From: Heterodontus francisci
Taxonomy: Eukaryota
Assembly: GCF_036365525.1 (NCBI RefSeq)
Contig: NC_090390.1
Location: 54,294,153 to 54,358,152 of the forward strand
Direction: 5' to 3'
Length of the DNA: 64,000 nt
Part shown: positions 62,001-64,000 of the stretch, in pieces
Numbering within the stretch: the first letter of the stretch is position 1
How the letters are laid out: each line of letters begins with the position of its first letter
Position numbers and translations under genes: made by a program
Notes under the pieces: generated by a model
What the model was told of the DNA's origin: nothing
The model's database searches: none
Seen by the model: the letters and a program-made list of their open reading frames with translations, nothing else

Positions 62001-63820
62001 CAAAAACAGAAAGGCTGATTATTATCTGAATGGCGATAGATTGGGAAAGGGGGAGGTGCAGCGAGACCTGGGTGTCCTTGTGCACCAGTCGCTAAAAGTA
62101 AGCATGCAGGTATAGCAGGCAGTTAAGAAGACAAATGGTATGTTGGCCTTCATAGCGAGAGGATTAGAGCACAGGAGCAAGGATGTCTTTCTGCAATTAT
62201 ACAAGGTCTTGGTGAGACCACCCCTTGAATATCGTGTGCAGTTTTGTTCTCCTTATCTGAGGAAGGATGTTCTTGCTATGGAGGGAGTGCAACGAAGGTT
62301 CACCAGACTGATTCCTGGGATGGCAGGACTGAGGTATGCAGAGAGATTGGGTTGATTAGGCTTGTATTTGCTAGAGTTTTGAGAAGAATGAGAAGGAATC
62401 TCATAGAAACCTACAAACTTCTAACAGGACTGGACGGACTAGATGCAGGAAGGGTGTCCCTGATGGCAGGGGAGTCCAGGTCCAGGGGTCACAGTCTAAG
62501 GAGGGGTAAGCCATTTAGGACTGAGATGAAGAGAGATTTCTTCATCCAGAGAGTGGTGAACCTGTGGAATTCTCTACCATGGAAAGCAGTTGAGGCCAAA
62601 TCATGAATATATTCAAGAAAGAGTTAGATATAGTTCTTGGAGGCTAAAGGAATCGAGGGATACAGGTAGAAAGCAGGAACAGGGTACTGAATTTGGATGA
62701 TCAGCCATGATCGCTTTGAATAACGGAGCAGGCTCGAAGGGCCGAAATGTCCTGCTCCTATTTTTCTGTTTCTGTGGACAACAGCTGAACTCCAGAGGTG
62801 AGAGTGACTGCCCTTAACATCGAGACAGCATTTGACAGTGTGGCATCAATGAGCCCTAGCAAAACTGGAGTCAATGGGAATCGGGGCGGGGGGGGGAACT
62901 CTCCACTGGTTGGAGTCATACCTTGCACAAAGGAAGATGGTTGTAGTTGTTGGAGCTCAATCATCTCAGTCCCAGGACATTACTGCAGGAGTTCCTCAGG
63001 GTAGTGCCTGGGCCTGACCATCTTCAGCTGCTTCATCAATGACCTTCCTTCAATCATAAGGTCAGAAGTGGGGATATTTGCTGATTGTACAATGTTCAGC
63101 ACCATTCGTGACTCCTCAGATACTGAAGCAGCAAGACCTGGACAACATTCAGGCTTGGGCTGATAAGTGGTAAGTGATATTTGCACCACACAAGTGCCAG
63201 GCAGTGACAATCTCAAACAAGAGAGAATCTAACTGTCTTCCCTTGATGTTCAATGGTATTAACATTGCTGAATCCTTCACTATCAACATCCTGGGGATCA
63301 GCATTGACCAGAAACTGAATTGGACCAGCCACAATATTGTGGCTACAGGAGCAGGTCAGAGGCTGGGAATTCTGCAGTGAGTAACTCTCCTGTCTCCCCA
63401 GTGCCTGTCCACCTTTTACAAGGCACAAGTCAGGAGTGCGATGAAATACTCCTCTTTCCTGAATGTGTGCAGCTCCAGCAACACTCCAGAAGCTCGACAC
63501 TATCCAGGACAAAGCGATCCCCTAGATTGGCACCCCATCCACCAATGCACAATGGCAGCAGTGTACACCATCTGAGATGCACTGCAGCAACTCACCAAGG
63601 CTCCTTCGACAGCACCTTCCGAACCCATGACCTCTACCACTGAAAAGGGCAAGGGAAGCAGATGCATGGGAACACCACCATCTGCAAGTTCTCCTCCAAG
63701 CTATGTGCCATCCTGACTTGGAACTATATTACTGTCTTTTTGTTTTCACTGGGTCAAAATCTTGGTACTCCCTTCCTAACAGCACTGTTGGTGTATCTGC
63801 ACCCCATGGACTATAGCGGT
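59015..63820 (+). mobile_element. Family-B LINE split by a near-complete CR1 (59015-59270 and ~62775-63820)
   Basis: Sequence continues across the insertion (...ttggtccaagc | tggacaacagctgaactcc...). Confidence 0.85.
59275..62774 (+). mobile_element. Near full-length decayed CR1: esterase ORF1, APE endonuclease, RT, 3' tail
   Basis: VVVHVGTND, MGDFN, NDHNMIEF, QHGFTKGKSCLTNL, FADD motifs with stops and frameshifts. Confidence 0.92.
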
Positions 63821-63874
63821 TTTTACATGATACAAAATTTGGCATTGTAGTAAGCATGATGGTCATAAATCGGG

Positions 63875-64000
63875 AGGACATAGAATGGTTACAGCACAGA
63901 AGGAGAGCATTCAACCTGTTGTGACTCTGTTGGCTTTCTGCAAGAGCATCTGGCCTTGTTCCACTCCGCAGCCTCTTTTCTCTGTAGCCCTGCAAATTTT
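63875..64000 (-). mobile_element. CR1 3' end
   Basis: catagaatggttacagcacagaagga terminus. Confidence 0.7.

Noticed and set aside
58378-64000. OAT terminal exon (expected ...GLLAKPTH...R.APPL)
   Set aside because: Not found. The region is filled by nested LINEs, so the exon is presumably beyond the window rather than lost.

Overview
Eukaryotic vertebrate DNA, almost certainly a shark or other elasmobranch (HE1-type V-SINEs, SacSINE1-like Deu-SINEs, shark-type CR1 LINEs). The only host gene is ornithine aminotransferase (OAT) on the + strand: a CpG-rich TATA/E-box promoter at ~31.1 kb, a probable non-coding exon 1, and eight coding exons (35888-58377, 387 codons plus 1 nt, all GT-AG and phase-consistent). 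The last coding exon lies beyond the window. Most of the rest is nested transposable elements: two CR1-group LINE families, L2, a young Tx1-like LINE with an uninterrupted ~810-codon RT frame, many solo LTRs with 4-5 bp TSDs, a decayed Gypsy element with the unusual integrase-before-RT (Gmr1-type) order, a two-gene PIF/Harbinger relic, and at least 8 short Penelope-derived repeats carrying a minimal hammerhead-ribozyme fold, one on the sense strand of OAT intron 1. All calls were made by eye. Repeat family names and many boundaries are approximate and need RepeatMasker/Dfam confirmation.
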